Source: Octopus sinensis (Eukaryota). From it: a stretch of 64,000 nucleotides of DNA. The stretch lies in assembly GCF_006345805.1 (NCBI RefSeq), contig NC_043008.1, positions 57,226,001 through 57,290,000 on the forward strand. Direction: 5' to 3'. Positions 47,305 to 61,609 of the stretch are shown here, in pieces; the first letter of the stretch is position 1, and each line of letters starts with the position of its first letter. Under the pieces are notes generated by a model that did not search any database, was not told where the DNA came from, and was given only the letters and a program-made list of their open reading frames with translations. The position numbers and the translations under genes were made by a program.

Positions 47305-48264
47305 CCATCTATCTGGTAGACCTGCAAGGCCTTTCTTCCAAAATTCACTTATCCGTGACGAAATATACTCCTCCAGTACTGTTCTGACCTCATCTATAGA
47401 ATTAATATTGTTTCTGTCCAAATGATTTTGAAGACTGCGGAATAAATGCTAATCAGACGGGGCAATGTCCGGTGAATATGGTGGGTGGGACATCGTTTTC
47501 CATTCAAACTACTCCAGCCTTTGGAATGTCATCCTCGCTTATTGTGGCCGAGTATTTTCCTGATGGAAGAACACCTTTCGTCTTGAAACCAAAGATGGAC
47601 CTTTTTTTCCAGCACTGGCTTAAGCCGTTGAAGCGGCTTGCAGTAGGTCCCCTTTATTATCCTTTGGTTGGGGCTTAAGCGTTCAAAGTGGACTAATCCG
47701 TTCATATCCCACCAAAGAAATATCAACACCTTACGTGGGTAAAGACCTTCTTTAGCCTAGGGTGCCGGTGTTTCTCCTTTCTCTATCCACTGTCTTCGGC
47801 ACTTGACATTTTTATAAGGAACCCATTTCTCGTCACCAGTTACGATTCGGTCCAAAACAGGTTCATTCGTGAGACATGACAGTACAGAAGAGCACATATT
47901 CACTCTCTGTGCGCGATTAGACACGAAAAATTTGTGAGGCACCCATTGACCCAATTTGCTGACTTTTCCAATGGCACGCAGGTGTCGATGAATTGCTGAA
48001 TGACCGAATCCAAGTTTCTCTGCCAGTTCCTCAACAGTTACGATGGTATTCTTCGTCGAGCTCTTCAGATCTTCCAGAACGTGGCTCGTCTTCTGGGCTG
48101 TAGTTTCCGGCTCAGAATTTCTGGAACCACCGTTGACACTGGCTTACGCTTACTGTCTGATCCTCATGAACTACATTAATATTCCTCGCACTTTCCGTTG
48201 CGTCGTTGCCTTTATTGAATTCATAAATCAAAATATACCGAATATTCTCCTTTGTCACTTCCAT
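47305..48264 (-). pseudogene. Near full-length mariner transposase pseudogene
   Basis: MEVTKENIRYILIYEFNKG..QCQRWFQKF..EDEPRSGR..WVPH..RIVTGDEKWV..WWDMNG..HPPYSPDIAPSD*HLFRSLQNHL; stops and frameshifts. Confidence 0.9.
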
Positions 48265-49655
48265 GATGGCTTTGAAAAAATAACTGTTAAAATCGAACTG
48301 TACTCTTCAAATTCCAATGTCCTTCTCAGAAAATCAGAAAACTTAAACGGACACATTGGTTAATGCAATCAACGGTATAGGAAAGGAGAGATTGCCGAGA
48401 GCGGAACGCCTTTCGATATAAGTTTGCTCGAACGGTGTTGCCTTGGAGCTAAACAATTTCTTTATTAGCTTAAAACTTGAAATAGTGTAAATAAAAATTT
48501 GAGAAGCATATATAGTGTGTAATACAAATAAATATTATATATTTTCTTAGGTAAAACCGTCACAGACAGTTCCAACTGTGATGCATAATACGACTTCCGT
48601 TCGATATAATTATTAACCCCCATCCATGTAGAGCAATTCGTGGAAATGTATGACAATGTGATAAAATATTTAAGATTGCAAAAACATTTGCAGACATCAC
48701 CATTTTCACACTTCAGTATTAATTAATTTATTTGTGTCTAAATAAAATTTTGGAAAAAATAATCAATTTTGATTTCTGTCACGAATTCACACAACGTTTT
48801 AATTGATCATTTCTAATTTATTCAATTATTGGCATAACAATTTTCGTACAAATACCTTTTCATTTCTTTGATATTTTAATTTGTTTAATGAGAAATACTG
48901 ATTTGTTAGCATTTATAATTGAATGTCTTTTAAAGAATTGCTTTTTGTTCATTTTCGTAAGTGTTTTCTTTTAGTTCCAGCATTAATTGAATGTTTGTTT
49001 TAACAATTCTTTTGATAATTGCTGTTAAATATGAATTGTGTAAACTGAATATAGTACATTCGTGCAGTAGAGGCAAATGTGATTTAACATTAAAATCTAA
49101 GTTTACCGTTGCAAACGACTTTGCTCTGATTGCTCAGAGGAAATGCTTCTAGAAAAAAATAAGTAGTAGTAACAGAAAGAAACGGCGAATATAAAATGGA
49201 ACTACGTAGTCTTTTCTTATATATTTAGACACGACATTTCTCGGCAAATTATGTCCGACAATAGAAGCATTGTGTTCGTTTAATGTTGATATTTCTTTTT
49301 AAATGTTTCTGGCATATTCTTTGACCTATATGAAGTCGCGTGGCCAAGTGGTCTGAGTTTTCGTTGCAAGAGCATAATTCTGCACTCTCAATTTAATGAT
49401 CAGGTGACAGGGTTTGTTCCGCTTCTAGGTAATTTACATTCTTCATTCATTCCGGTAAACTCAGATGGTAATGAATATCAGCTGGTTGACGTATTCTGCT
49501 CTTGTGTAAAGTACTTCATTTCACCTTACACTAATCATTACTCAGCCAAGTTGTAGTGCAGCGTGCTCTCTGGCTATTTGTCAGATCCTAGAAGTTTCGT
49601 CAGATCAAGGGTGGAAAGTTTGAAGAGACTGCTTGTGTCTACTCGCGAATATATA

Positions 49656-49887
49656 TATTTCTTTACTACCCACAAGGGGCTAAACATAGAGGGGACAAAC
49701 ACGGACAGACAAAGGGATTAATTCGATTACATCGACCCCCGTGCGAAACTGGTACTTTACTTATCGACCCCGAAAGGATGAAAGCAAAGTCGACCTCGGC
49801 GGAATTTGAACTCAGAAGGTAACGACAGACGAAATACCGCTAAGTATTTCGCTCCGCGCGCTAACGTTTCTGCCAGCTCGCCGCCTC
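49656..49887 (-). mobile_element. Family B SINE with 17-bp target-site duplication
   Basis: CTACTCGCGAATATATA at 49639-49655 and 49888-49904. Confidence 0.93.
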
Positions 49888-50444
49888 CTACTCGCGAATA
49901 TATATTCACCTCAAACAATTAGTACATGCTACCAAGCTTTAGTCGATACCGAGTGATGGGTGGCTGTATTTTAAAAAAATGCTTTAACGGACCATAAAAA
50001 TTCCACAATCGTAAGGTAATAACTACTTAGGCCTAATCCATTTTTAATGTGAGCAGAGTTTGCTAAAATAACGTGGTTCGTTTCTCTAACGCAGCGAGCT
50101 TGAAGAATCGCGAGAGCGCCGGAAAAAATACCTTACGATATTTGTTCCGGCTCTTTACATTCTGGGTTCAAATATCACCGAGGTAAATTTTGCTTTTCAT
50201 CACTTCGGGAACAATAAAAGGAAGTACAAGTCACATACTTTTTCGATTTAATATACAAACACAAACACCTCTTCCATGCTGGCATGGATTGGGCAGTTTG
50301 ACAGTAGCTAGCCAGGTGGAAGGCTGCGTCATGTCTCTGAGTCTGTTTTGACAAGGTTTTTACGCCTGGGTACCCTTCCGAACACTAACCGCTCTGGTTG
50401 GGTTGGGTGCTTTTTGCATGGCACGCGATCGTTATTATTATTGC

Positions 50445-50772
50445 GTGAGAATAAGGATTGTTTAAGGATGTTGAACAAAACACCCATGTTTCCAGAGGTG
50501 AATTATCCAAACCCCAACGAATTCCTCTCAACACATGGCTATGATACTCCCCCACTACTTCTGCTCGTGATCAGAGATGCACATATCGTCAGCCACCAAG
50601 TGACATGCTCAGCTGGTTATGGTCAAGAAACTGACAAGCAAATCTGTGGTATTGAGGAGAATATTTGCTGTAGCCCATCTTTTATACCAAGACAAAACAA
50701 TGTACATGATAACACTTCCAATCAGTTCAGATCAGAAGCCATGAGAGCCACTGCCTGGTACTGCATCAGGGC
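50445..50772 (-). mobile_element. Family D repeat, partial
   Basis: Homologous to 3881-4430; followed by (TTA)n. Confidence 0.85.
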
Positions 50773-50773
50773 A

Positions 50774-50824
<51 letters not shown>

Positions 50825-51540
50825 GACCACAGAAGTAGACTTTGCATTTCATTCGTTCGGGGTCGATGTAATCGACAAGCCCCACCCCCTTCCCTCGAAA
50901 ACAGCAGGCCCGCACCAAAATTAGAAAGAAATATTATCATTATAATGTTCACTCATTGTCAGATATATTTTCAGTAATGTTTCGACAATAAGTATACACA
51001 ATACTCTACCAACTAATATAAACCCCAATTGCTAATAACATTAATTGCTTCCGCTATAACAACATTCCCACCACCACCACCACTACGACTAATAATAATA
51101 ATAATAATAATATAATAATAATAATAATAATAACAATAATAATAATAATAATAATATTAATAATAATATTAGTAATAATAATAATAATGATGATGATGAT
51201 GATGATGATGATAAAAACTACAACTACTACTACTGTTACTACTGTTACAACTGCGTCGGTCGCTCTTGTCGTTTTGTCGTTTTTTTTTGCTGTTGTTTTT
51301 TTTTCTACCTCTAACCATTAACGTTGGCTTGCCCGTCATTCATCTAGCCATTATTGTTGTTATTATTATTACTTGTAATACAGCCATTATGTGCACTTAT
51401 GAATCATATATCTAATCAAAAGCCATCGTTTCGTTTCTGAACCGATTCTAAACAAATTATCGCATTTGACGCCATACTGACAGTTCGATATGAATTAACA
51501 CCATTAGTTACAGGCGCACTTCATGTATTTTCTGAATACG

Positions 51541-51580
<40 letters not shown>

Positions 51581-51662
51581 TATATATATATAATATATAA
51601 TATATATATAATATATATATATATAAATAATATATATATATATATAAATATATATATATATA

Positions 51663-51733
<71 letters not shown>

Positions 51734-51800
51734 TATATATATAATATATATAATATATATATAATAAATATATATATATATAATATATATATATATATAT

Positions 51801-51831
<31 letters not shown>

Positions 51832-52150
51832 GCATACATATATATGCATACATACATATGTCTATATGTACATACATATATATATATATACTTACATGCA
51901 TATATATATATATATATATGTATGTATATATATGCATGTATATATATCTACATATGTATATATATATATGTATGTATGTATGTATATGTATATATATATA
52001 TATGTGAGTGTATATATATCTACATATGTATATATATATATGTATGTATGTATATGTATATATATACATACGTGAGTGTATATATATATCTACATATGTA
52101 TATATATATATGTATGTATGTATATGTATATATATATATGTATATACGTT
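51541..52150. repeat. Long (TA)n / (TATG)n low-complexity tract
   Basis: Seen directly. Confidence 0.93.
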
Positions 52151-52200
52151 TAAATATTTGTTGTGCAAGATTTTTTATGTGAAGTCGTGTGTTGAAACAG

Positions 52201-53142
52201 ATATTGTTATATTTCGGAATGGTCATATTGCCAGTTTAGCCAATAAAAACACACGCACTATATATTTGGTGTTATTTTGCTTCAGTGATATTTATTTTTT
52301 ACATTAATCTTAATCTTATTTCGGCTAAAGTTCTTTCGTCACACTCCTGTGACCGCATCAGTGGTCCTTTGTTTTTTTTGTCACTTACTTGTGTCTCTCC
52401 TTACTAACCGTCAGCCATTTTGTATTTCTATTGTATGTCTTCATTTGCGCATGCTTATATTTCTATGTGCGTCTATGTTTATTTAGTGTGCGTGTGGGGG
52501 GGATGCCTGTAATATTTGTATCTTCTGGTTATATACATTCTTGTAATTTGTATTTTGTTTTTGTTGTTGTTGCTTTTGTTCTAATTTTGTTCATGTGTTT
52601 ACATCCACCCATTATTATCATTACATATGCTTGTATGTATGTATAACAACAATATTAGTAATAATAATAATAAATCTAATCGAAAAAAAAAAAAAAAGAA
52701 TATACATATACATATATATATACATACATATACATATACATATATATATATATACATATATACACACATATATACACATATACATATATATACACATATA
52801 CATATATATAGATATTCATTTCTATTTCTTTCATTACCTGTGTATTTATTATGTTTGCAGGATCCACTATTGTCATATGTTGTGGTGTGCGCTATTGCTC
52901 CATTCTAGTTTTCTATTCAGGCTAGGTTTATTTTCTATTATATGTGTAGCTTCTGTAATTTGTCTAATTGTTGCATCTGTTCTATGTGTGGACAATATCT
53001 TAATCTCTATGTTATTGATTGATCCCCCGTGTTCTTGTTCGGCGTGTTGGTACAGAATCGATGAGCTTTTATAACACCAAATATATAGTGCGTGTGTTTT
53101 TATTGGCTAAACTGGCAATATGACCATTCCGAAATATAACAA

Positions 53143-53145
<3 letters not shown>
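52201..53145 (-). mobile_element. 5'-truncated Penelope-like element 3' end with inverted terminal segment
   Basis: ~75-bp inverted repeats 52201-52275 / 53071-53145; GIY-YIG C-terminal coding remnant; HHR-like motif at 52323-52367. Confidence 0.85.
52873..53070 (-). pseudogene. C-terminus of PLE GIY-YIG endonuclease
   Basis: KSSSILYQHAEQEHGGSINNIEIKILSTHRTDATIRQITEATHIIENKPSLNRKLEWSNSAHHNI*, matching the H...H..IL..R.I.EA..I...P.LN..EW pattern of PLE endonucleases. Confidence 0.8.
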
Positions 53146-53185
<40 letters not shown>

Positions 53186-53649
53186 GTGAGTGTATATATA
53201 TGCATATATACACACACATATATATATATACGCATATATACACACACATATATATAAATACATACACACACATATATACATATTAAAACACACACAAATA
53301 TGTATGTGTGTGTGTGTATTTTTAAATTTTTTTTTTTTTTACTAATGAATACCGTTTCAGTTTTTTCTAGACGTGACGTGAAACATATTTGGCGACAACG
53401 AATATGGTTGAATTCTCTTCTGCTCACTCAACGATTTATGAAAGAAGATGCATCGTCTTTAAATAATGATGGCATTTGGTGCTGTAGAGACTTTGTCACA
53501 TTTGCTACCAATCAACGAGCAACAACTTCTACGAGAGTGAATCTTCGATATAATGATTTACATCATTTTCCCATTTCACCTCATTCTCCCCCTCTCTCTC
53601 CGCCTCCACCACATCTTTCTCTCTCACTCTCACTCTCTCTCTCTTTCTC

Positions 53650-53731
53650 TCTCTCTCTCTATATATATACATATATGTATATATATTTACATATATATAT
53701 ATTTATATATATATATGTGTATATATATATG

Positions 53732-53764
<33 letters not shown>

Positions 53765-53923
53765 GTATATATGTATATATATATGTATATATATATATGT
53801 TTATATATGTATATATATATATGTTTATATATGTATATATATATATATATATATGTTTATATATGTATATATATGTATATATATATGTATATATGTGTAT
53901 ATATATATATATATATGTATGTA

Positions 53924-53971
<48 letters not shown>

Positions 53972-54036
53972 GTATATATGTGTATATATATATATATGTA
54001 TATATGTGTATATATATATATATATATATGTATATA

Positions 54037-54068
<32 letters not shown>

Positions 54069-54404
54069 CTTTCTCTCTCTCTACATCCCTGGTGTCTCGT
54101 TTATTTGCTTTTTTCTGTTTTCATTATTTCTGTTCTGCATCTCTCAGGATCTCCTGCACTTCTGTGTGTTATCCACATACATACACACACACATACACAC
54201 ACACATACACACACATACACTCACACCCGCGCACACACACAAACACAATTAATATACACATATATGAACACACTCACACACACGCATCGACATACACTCA
54301 TATACTCAAGTGCATACGAGTGGGGTGCATATTTACGTGAATATATACACGTGTGTGTGCGTGTGTGTATGTGTTGTGTGTGTATGTGTGCGTGTGTGGT
54401 GTGT

Positions 54405-54446
<42 letters not shown>

Positions 54447-54596
54447 CTGTGTCTGTGTCTGTGTCTGTGTGCGTGTGTGTGTGTGTTGTGTGTGTATGTG
54501 TCTGTGTGTGTGTGTGTGTTGTGTGTGTATGTGTCTGTGTGTGTGTGTGTGTGGTGTGTGTGTATGTGTTGTGTGTGTATGTGTCTGTGTCTGTGT

Positions 54597-54637
<41 letters not shown>
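53650..54637. repeat. (TA)n, (CA)n and (GT)n compound microsatellite region
   Basis: Seen directly; the 346- and 384-aa ORFs here are low-complexity artefacts. Confidence 0.92.
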
Positions 54638-54639
<2 letters not shown>

Positions 54640-54999
54640 GATGGACGCACATAAGGGAAATCGGAATGCAGTGCATCAGACAAAAATTAATTGCAGGCAG
54701 AATTTAACGTTATTAATATAATTGGTTTTAAAAATTACAACAATTCCCTTGTCTGTGCAATATTCTACATAAGGATAACAATGCGATATTTCTCTAATTT
54801 AACAACAGCAGTCAGACACTCGTTTTTACTTTGGTTTTCTTTCCCAATTATTTTCTAAAGAGGTGTACCGCAGCTTCAGTACACATTGAAACGTCGCTGC
54901 CCTGGGAACTGTGAGCTGACGTAAGATTGATGGACTCAAAAAAAAATCCCGGTGTGAAACTAGTATATGGCTGTTATATTGTTGTTAAATCGTAGACTG

Positions 55000-55410
55000 C
55001 AGAGGCGCGTGGCTTAGTGGTTAGGGAGTCAGCACCGTGATCGTAAGATTGTGGTTTCGATTCCTGGACCGGGTGACGCGTTGTGTTCTTGAGCAAAACA
55101 CTTCATTTCACATTGCCCAAGTCCACTCAGCTGGCAAAAATGAGTAACGCTACGATGGATTGGTGTCCCATCAAGCCCAGTGGTTAGGGCAGCGGACTCG
55201 CGGTCAGAGGATCACGGTTTCGATTCCCGACCGGGCGTTGTGTGTGTTTATTGAGCGAAAACACCTAAAAGCTCCACGACTTTCTCTCAATCTTTTTTCC
55301 TGTTTCTTGAGTAACGCTGCGATGGACTGGCGTCCCGTCCAGCTGCGGGGAACACATACGTCACAGAAACCAGGAAACCGGGCCCATGAGCCTGGCTAGG
55401 CTTGAAAAGG
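55000..55410 (+). mobile_element. Composite of two family C-type SINEs
   Basis: Two tRNA-like heads: GAGGCGCGTGGCTTAGTGGTTAGG (~55002) and CCCAGTGGTTAGGGCAGCGGACTCGCGG (~55176). Confidence 0.8.
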
Positions 55411-55444
55411 GCGAAAAAAAGAAAAAAGAAAATCGTAGACTAGT

Positions 55445-56085
55445 TCCAAAAGTGTGGCTGTGTGGTTGGGAAGCTTGTTTGCAGCCATGTAGTTTCGGTT
55501 TCGGTCCCACCCATTGTGCAGTACGTCGAGCAAGTGACATCTACTACAGCTGCCCGACCAATCAATGCCTGATGAGTGAATTTGGTGGCAAGAAACAGTG
55601 AAATAGTACGTCGTGTGTGTGTGTGTGTATGTGTTTGTGTAGTACACTTCTACTGCTTGATAACCGTTGTTGGTTTGTTTATGTCACCATAAGCGCAGGC
55701 ATGGCTGTGTGGAAAGAAGCTTGCTTCACAACCTCATAGCTCTAGGTTCAGTTTCACTGCTAGGCATTGCGCTTCTATAGCTTCTTAGACGATAAGTGGA
55801 GGAAAACTCTCGTATATACACGTGTGTGTGCGTGTGCATATGTGTGTGTGTGTGTTTGCGTGCGTTAGCCCCCATCACGGCCTGACAACCGTTACTATTG
55901 TGTTTATGTCCCCGTAGTGTTTACGTCACCGTAATTTAGCGTTCGGCAAAAGAGACCGATAGAATAAGCACCAAACTTAAAATCGTATGTACTGGGTGCG
56001 CTTTGTTCGACTAAAACCCTTCAAGACGATGCCTCGGCATTACTGCAGTCTGATGACTGAAAGAAGTAAAGGATAGAGGTAAAGG
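55445..56085 (+). mobile_element. Two degenerate family A SINEs
   Basis: GTGGCTGTGTGG heads at ~55453 and ~55703; 3' blocks to GACTGAAAGAAGTAAAGG. Confidence 0.7.
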
Positions 56086-56114
56086 AAGATTACGTTAAAG
56101 TATTATTAAATCGT

Positions 56115-56650
56115 CCCCTCTGTGTTTGGCCCCTTGTGGGTAGTAAAGAAATAGGTATTTCATCTTTCTTTACGTTCTGAGTTCAAATTCCAGCTGCGTA
56201 CTGAGGTATAGATGAATTAGTTGTTGGCTCCTTCCCCAAAAATTTAAGGCCTTATGCCTATAATAGAAAGGAATATTCTTTTCTACTCTAGGCACAAGGC
56301 CCGATATTTAGGGATAGGAGGCCAGTCGATTAGATCGACCCCAGTACGCAATTGGTACTTAAGCATTTCATCCGGCGTGCTAACGCTTCTGTCAGCTAGC
56401 AGTCTTCTAAAAATTATATATTTCTTTACTACCCACAAGGGGCTAAACACAGAGAGGACAAACAAGGACAGACATAGGTATTAAGTCGATTACATCGACC
56501 CCAGTGCGTAACTGGTACTTAATTTATCGACCCCGAAAGGATGAAAGGCAAAGTCGACCTCGGCGGAATTTGAACTCACAACGTAACGCAGACGAAATAC
56601 CGCTAAGCATTTCGCCCGGCGTGCTAACGTTTCTGCCAGCTCGCCGCCTT
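56115..56650 (-). mobile_element. Cluster of family B SINE copies
   Basis: Full copy 56418-56650 on the minus strand plus adjacent fragments in both orientations. Confidence 0.85.
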
Positions 56651-58544
56651 CTAAAAATTGTATATTAAAAGAAATGTGATTTAGTTGTAAAATTTCGTGG
56701 CCGTTATAGTAGCGTTCTTTAGTTTTCTTTGCTGTAAATTTAAACACAACAAAATCTATTTGTTTTTGGTTGTGTGTCGTTAAGAAGCTCGCTTTACAAC
56801 CACGTAGTTTCAGGTTCTGTACCACTGCACAGCGCACTGGGAAAGCTTTTCTTCTACTGTAGCCCCGTGAATATCAATGCATTGTAAATGTCATGTGTAT
56901 CAAAATGTTTTGTTGTCAGAATTTTATCTAAATTTGTGAAAATTGAGGATGCGGGAATTTTGTTGAAGCTTCAAACTCGTCACAAACTCGAACATCCAGT
57001 CGCTCTTTTTATGGTCAGTGGCGTGATAAGTAGGATTTGATTGAACTTTCTGGAATTCCTTGTAGACTCAGTAAGAAAACCCTCCTGATTAGGTGTAACC
57101 CAGTCTGCGAGTGGGGCCAGACTAAGATCATTAATAAACCCTGTTCGTTTCTCATAACTAAAACGATTACAATATATAAATAAACATTTTTGGTACCATG
57201 TAAACTATTTGTATCGTAGAAACGGGATTTTTTTTATCCAACTTCAAGAATCATTGCTGGCCAAGTCGATAAAGCTACAAGACAAAAAGCTCGAGATTCG
57301 ATGGTTCGTATTCTGGTTTTCCATTTCTTTTAGAGCCAACAACTAATACAGATTAAAGTTTTCAATGAGTTAAAGTATTCGATATCACCACAACCACCAT
57401 CACCACCTATACCACCACAACCGACATATCAATCCAAACGCCTGTTCGACCCCGCCCACGACTAATGTTTTTTCACAGTTGAATTCATTGAAAATCGTAA
57501 ATAAACTAACTTAAAATCTAATCGATTAAACTTTGAAATGACATAAAACATTTTCCAGTTATATTTCTCTATGTTATTCATAAATCAGCAAGACATCAGG
57601 GAGTTAGAATTTTTCAGTTCATCTCTTTAATGGTCGTAATTATATTAATGTAATTATATGAAGAAAGATAAAATGAGAAGAAAAAAGAAACAATTAAAAG
57701 AAGTTTCATTACGACTAGTGAACGAAAGAAGTTTTATCTGAAACATAATATATCTTTTGAAAATCTGTAAGCAATTAATGCAGAAGAATTGTAAATTTGA
57801 AGAAATTATGAAGAATCTTTTCTAATAAAATTCCTATAAAATACAATCCGTACAATTTATAGTTTATAGAAAAATTGGATAAATAACTATTTCTTCTATT
57901 TTGGTGTCCTAATAAAACATTTTGTGGAGAGATAAAAAAAAATATTCGTAAAATATCTCCAGACACATAAAATCGGCAGAGAATAAATAACTATGAAAGA
58001 TTCCATGCATAAACCTTTCTAAACCACTGGGCCCAGTTCAAGACAAATTGATTATATTCTAAAAATTCTTGTATCGTAATATATCAGATGGTATGTCTAG
58101 CTTTATACAGTATTGCTACATCATACCAGTTGTTTATAATGCCGGTTTATTTATTAGTTCTCCTTTATAGATCACCCAATTAAGTTGTCCAATTCGAAAG
58201 TGATGTCGCAATGTAATGTAACAAAATTTGTCTCAATATCGGATTTAATATTAGGATAGTTTTCTTAACTATCCAGCTGGTCTTATAATTGGGGAATTGG
58301 TGAATTAAACTTCTTGTTTACTCAGACGAAGAATTAATAACCTTTTCGTTTTTTTTACCTATCTATAAAAACTGAAATATTTTATTCTATACAAATTATT
58401 TACACAGTCTTATATTCATAGATGTTTCGTTTCTTTGTGATGAAACTAGACCTACAAGGAATCTTTCTGCAAATTTGGATGAGGAATGAACTAACGATCA
58501 TAACTATCATATGATCTAAGCAAGTACATGTCTATGTTGTTTGT

Positions 58545-59260
58545 TCCTTCTCGAGCCACGCCTGACTCATAAGGGCCGGTTTCCCGGTTTCCTTGGCGTA
58601 TAGGTTCCCCATCTAGACGGTGGGGCCGGTCCGTCGCAGGTGAGCTGCAAGATGCTGGAGGAAAGAGTGAGAGAAAGTGGTGGCGAAAGAGTCAGTAGAA
58701 GTTCGTCATTACCTTCTACCGGAGCCACGTGGGGATTAGGTGTTTCGCTCATAAACACACACATCGCCCGGTCTGAGATTCGAACTCGCGATCCCTCGAC
58801 CGCGAGTCCGCTGCTCTAACCACTAGGCCATGTGACTCCACACATGTCTGTCCTTGTTTGTCCACTCTATGTTTAGCCCCTTGTGGGTAGTAAAGAAATA
58901 TTTCGTCTGTCTTTATGTTCTGAGTCGAAATTCCGCCGAGGTCGACTTTGCCTTTCATCCTTTCAGGGTCGATTAAATATGTACCAGTAACGCATTGGGG
59001 TCGATATAATCGATTTAATCCGTTTGTTTGTCCTTGTTTGTCTCCTCTGTGTATAGCCCCTTGTGGGTAGTAAAGAAATAAGAATTGTTAGCACGCCGGA
59101 CAAAATGCTTAGAGGCATTTTGTCTGTCTTTACCTTCTGAGTTCAAAATCTGTAGACGTCGACTTTGCCGCTCATACTTTCGAGGTCAATAAATTAATCA
59201 CCAGTTGAGCACCCCTCTTCTCTGAACTTGCTGGCCTTGTGCCAAAATTCGAAACCAATA
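58545..59260. mobile_element. Family C SINE (minus, 58545-58842) followed by family B segments (plus)
   Basis: GCTGCTCTAACCACTAGGCCATGTGACTCCAC head; repeated GCCCCTTGTGGGTAGTAAAGAAATA tails. Confidence 0.82.
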
Positions 59261-60867
59261 TGATCCACTCCGTTCTTTAAAATTATTACTCCAGCTTGAC
59301 CACAATCTAATGACTGATGCCAGTAATGGGATAAAAGATCAAATGAATATATGTATGAGAGATATTTAATCAAAACCGAAGTATTATATCTCATGTTGTA
59401 ACATAATATTATTAGGATTATGGTCGGCAAATAACTAGCAGTGCATTGTGAAACATGAATGTACAAACACGTATTCATGCGTAGTTACTGCTACAGGGAA
59501 ACTGGCCCTAAGAAGGGATTATGGGAAGCCTAGAATAAGAACTGAAGCGATCAATTTAATATTTAATTAACAATTTTTGGCCATTTTCCGTTTATAATTA
59601 ATTCCTTTAGCAAACGTTATTGATAGTTTCGAGACCAAAAGGGAACAAGCCCTAATGAACTTTTCGATGGAAACGTGATTGATTGATTCGTTGGTTCGAT
59701 CCCCTTCCTAGTCTCTCATAATACACACACACACACACACACACCACACACACAGTACATACACACACACGTACACATACTCAGCACGTTCGCACACGCA
59801 CACACGAACGTACATACATACATACATTGTGATTGCTCCAGCTTCGCAAACAATTGCCGTCTTCTTGTGCTTCCTCGACAAAAGCATTTCAGAGTGACCC
59901 TGACCTCTCAGCTAACTATTTAGTCCTACTGTAGACTTTCACGGTTCGAAACATAGGTATCCGACGAATGTTGTAACACACTGAATGCTTGCAACAAATG
60001 ACGGATATGTGACTGGATTGTAATGACAAGCGCTTGCACACCACGAGTACCACTGTCTGAAGCTCTGTGGTTAGTACCTAATGACAGACAGAATATTTGC
60101 TATAACGATATTTGCTTCAGCAACTCAGCGCTGAATCCGTTTGAAATGTGATGGAAAGTCAGTTTCAAAACATTGATTTCCGGGTCACAAAAGCAAAGTT
60201 TAAAGAGAATTGTAGTAACTTCCTTTGATAGAGACAAATAGGAAGTAACACTACTGATCAAAGACAAACAAAAATAACAATTTTTTATACTGTGTTATCA
60301 TTATGGTAGCGAACTGAGAGAATCGTTACCACATCGGACAAAGTGTTTAACCGCATTTCTTCCGGCTTTGTATGTTCTCAGTTCAATTCAAATTCAACTG
60401 AAGTCGACCTTTCTCCGGTCTCATAAAAATTACTGGCCTTGTGCTAAAATTAGGAATTCTGAAAGTCTTGAATAGGATTGAACCAATGAACCAATCTATT
60501 TCATTTCCATCAAATATTTCATTAGGATATGCTCATCTTTTGTTGCTGTTTGTTCCTTCTCCGAGGCATGCCTGGTTCATAAGGGCCGGTTTCCCGGTTT
60601 CATTGGCGTCTAGGTTCCCCACCTGGACGTGACGCCGGTCCGTCACAGATTTGTTCACCTTTACTGGGATTAATTACTTTACAGAAAATTGTTAAATTAA
60701 TATAAAAATTAATCGGTTCGCTTCTCATCTTACACTGTCCGAATAAAGGCCCGAATAAACAAACAAATCAATTTATAAACCCCCTGGATCTCTGTGGGTA
60801 CTATATTTCATGTGTATATTAACGGATTGACTATATGGTTTCCTATGATTGCTCAAGTGATGTAAGC

Positions 60868-60910
60868 GCCTCTGACGAGACATCAATAAGGGTCGAGAAT
60901 CGATTAAGGC
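60868..60910 (+). ncRNA. Degenerate Type I hammerhead-like motif (A14G)
   Basis: GCCT-CTGACGA-GAC..GTC-GAGA-ATCGAT-TA-AGGC; palindromic stem III AATCGATT; one core substitution. Confidence 0.45.
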
Positions 60911-61328
60911 ATCCGTCTCCTGGTTTCACAAAAACACCTGACGTACCAAGTGACTTTAGAAGACGTCAGTCTGCTTGCATATTCGAGTATTGAAACTCTT
61001 TATCTGTTACAGAATAACTCTAATGGGGTTGTGGTTTTTACCAGAGTTTCCCCACCATCATCCGTCTCAGAGACCCTGTGTAAGGGTCATGATGCTTAAT
61101 TTAGTCCTTTTATTATCTGTTACTTTCACAGTCATTGCGTTGCGGCCACACTGGAGCTCTGCTTTGAAGGGATTAGTGGAGCAAATAGAAACCAGATTTG
61201 AGTTCTTTTTCTTTGTCTGGTACTTATATTATCGTTCACTTTGCCAAACTGCTAAGTTGCGGGAAGAAACCAACGCCGGTTGTCAAGCGGTGGCGAAGAC
61301 AAAAACTAACTACATATATATGCACACA

Positions 61329-61406
<78 letters not shown>

Positions 61407-61609
61407 TTTTCTTTTATGAGGTTTTCACGCTAACTACCCGATAATTTCTTGTTAAGATTCCTTATTAAGAGGTTATCCTTAATTGTTAACTTATTCCGAA
61501 ATACTTTTTTTACCACGACATGCAGTTCGTAAAAAGCCCGCCATTTACCGGATATATGATTTATAAACATTCCATGTGCTTGGCCGGAGTGATCAGTTGT
61601 CTGTTCGTC

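Noticed and set aside
53300-54707. Longest ORFs in the track (346 and 384 aa)
   Set aside because: Translations of (TA)n/(CA)n/(GT)n microsatellites. The same applies to the IYIY/HTHT/VCVC ORFs at 17682-18243, 20473-21087, 30755-31180 and 51504-52182.
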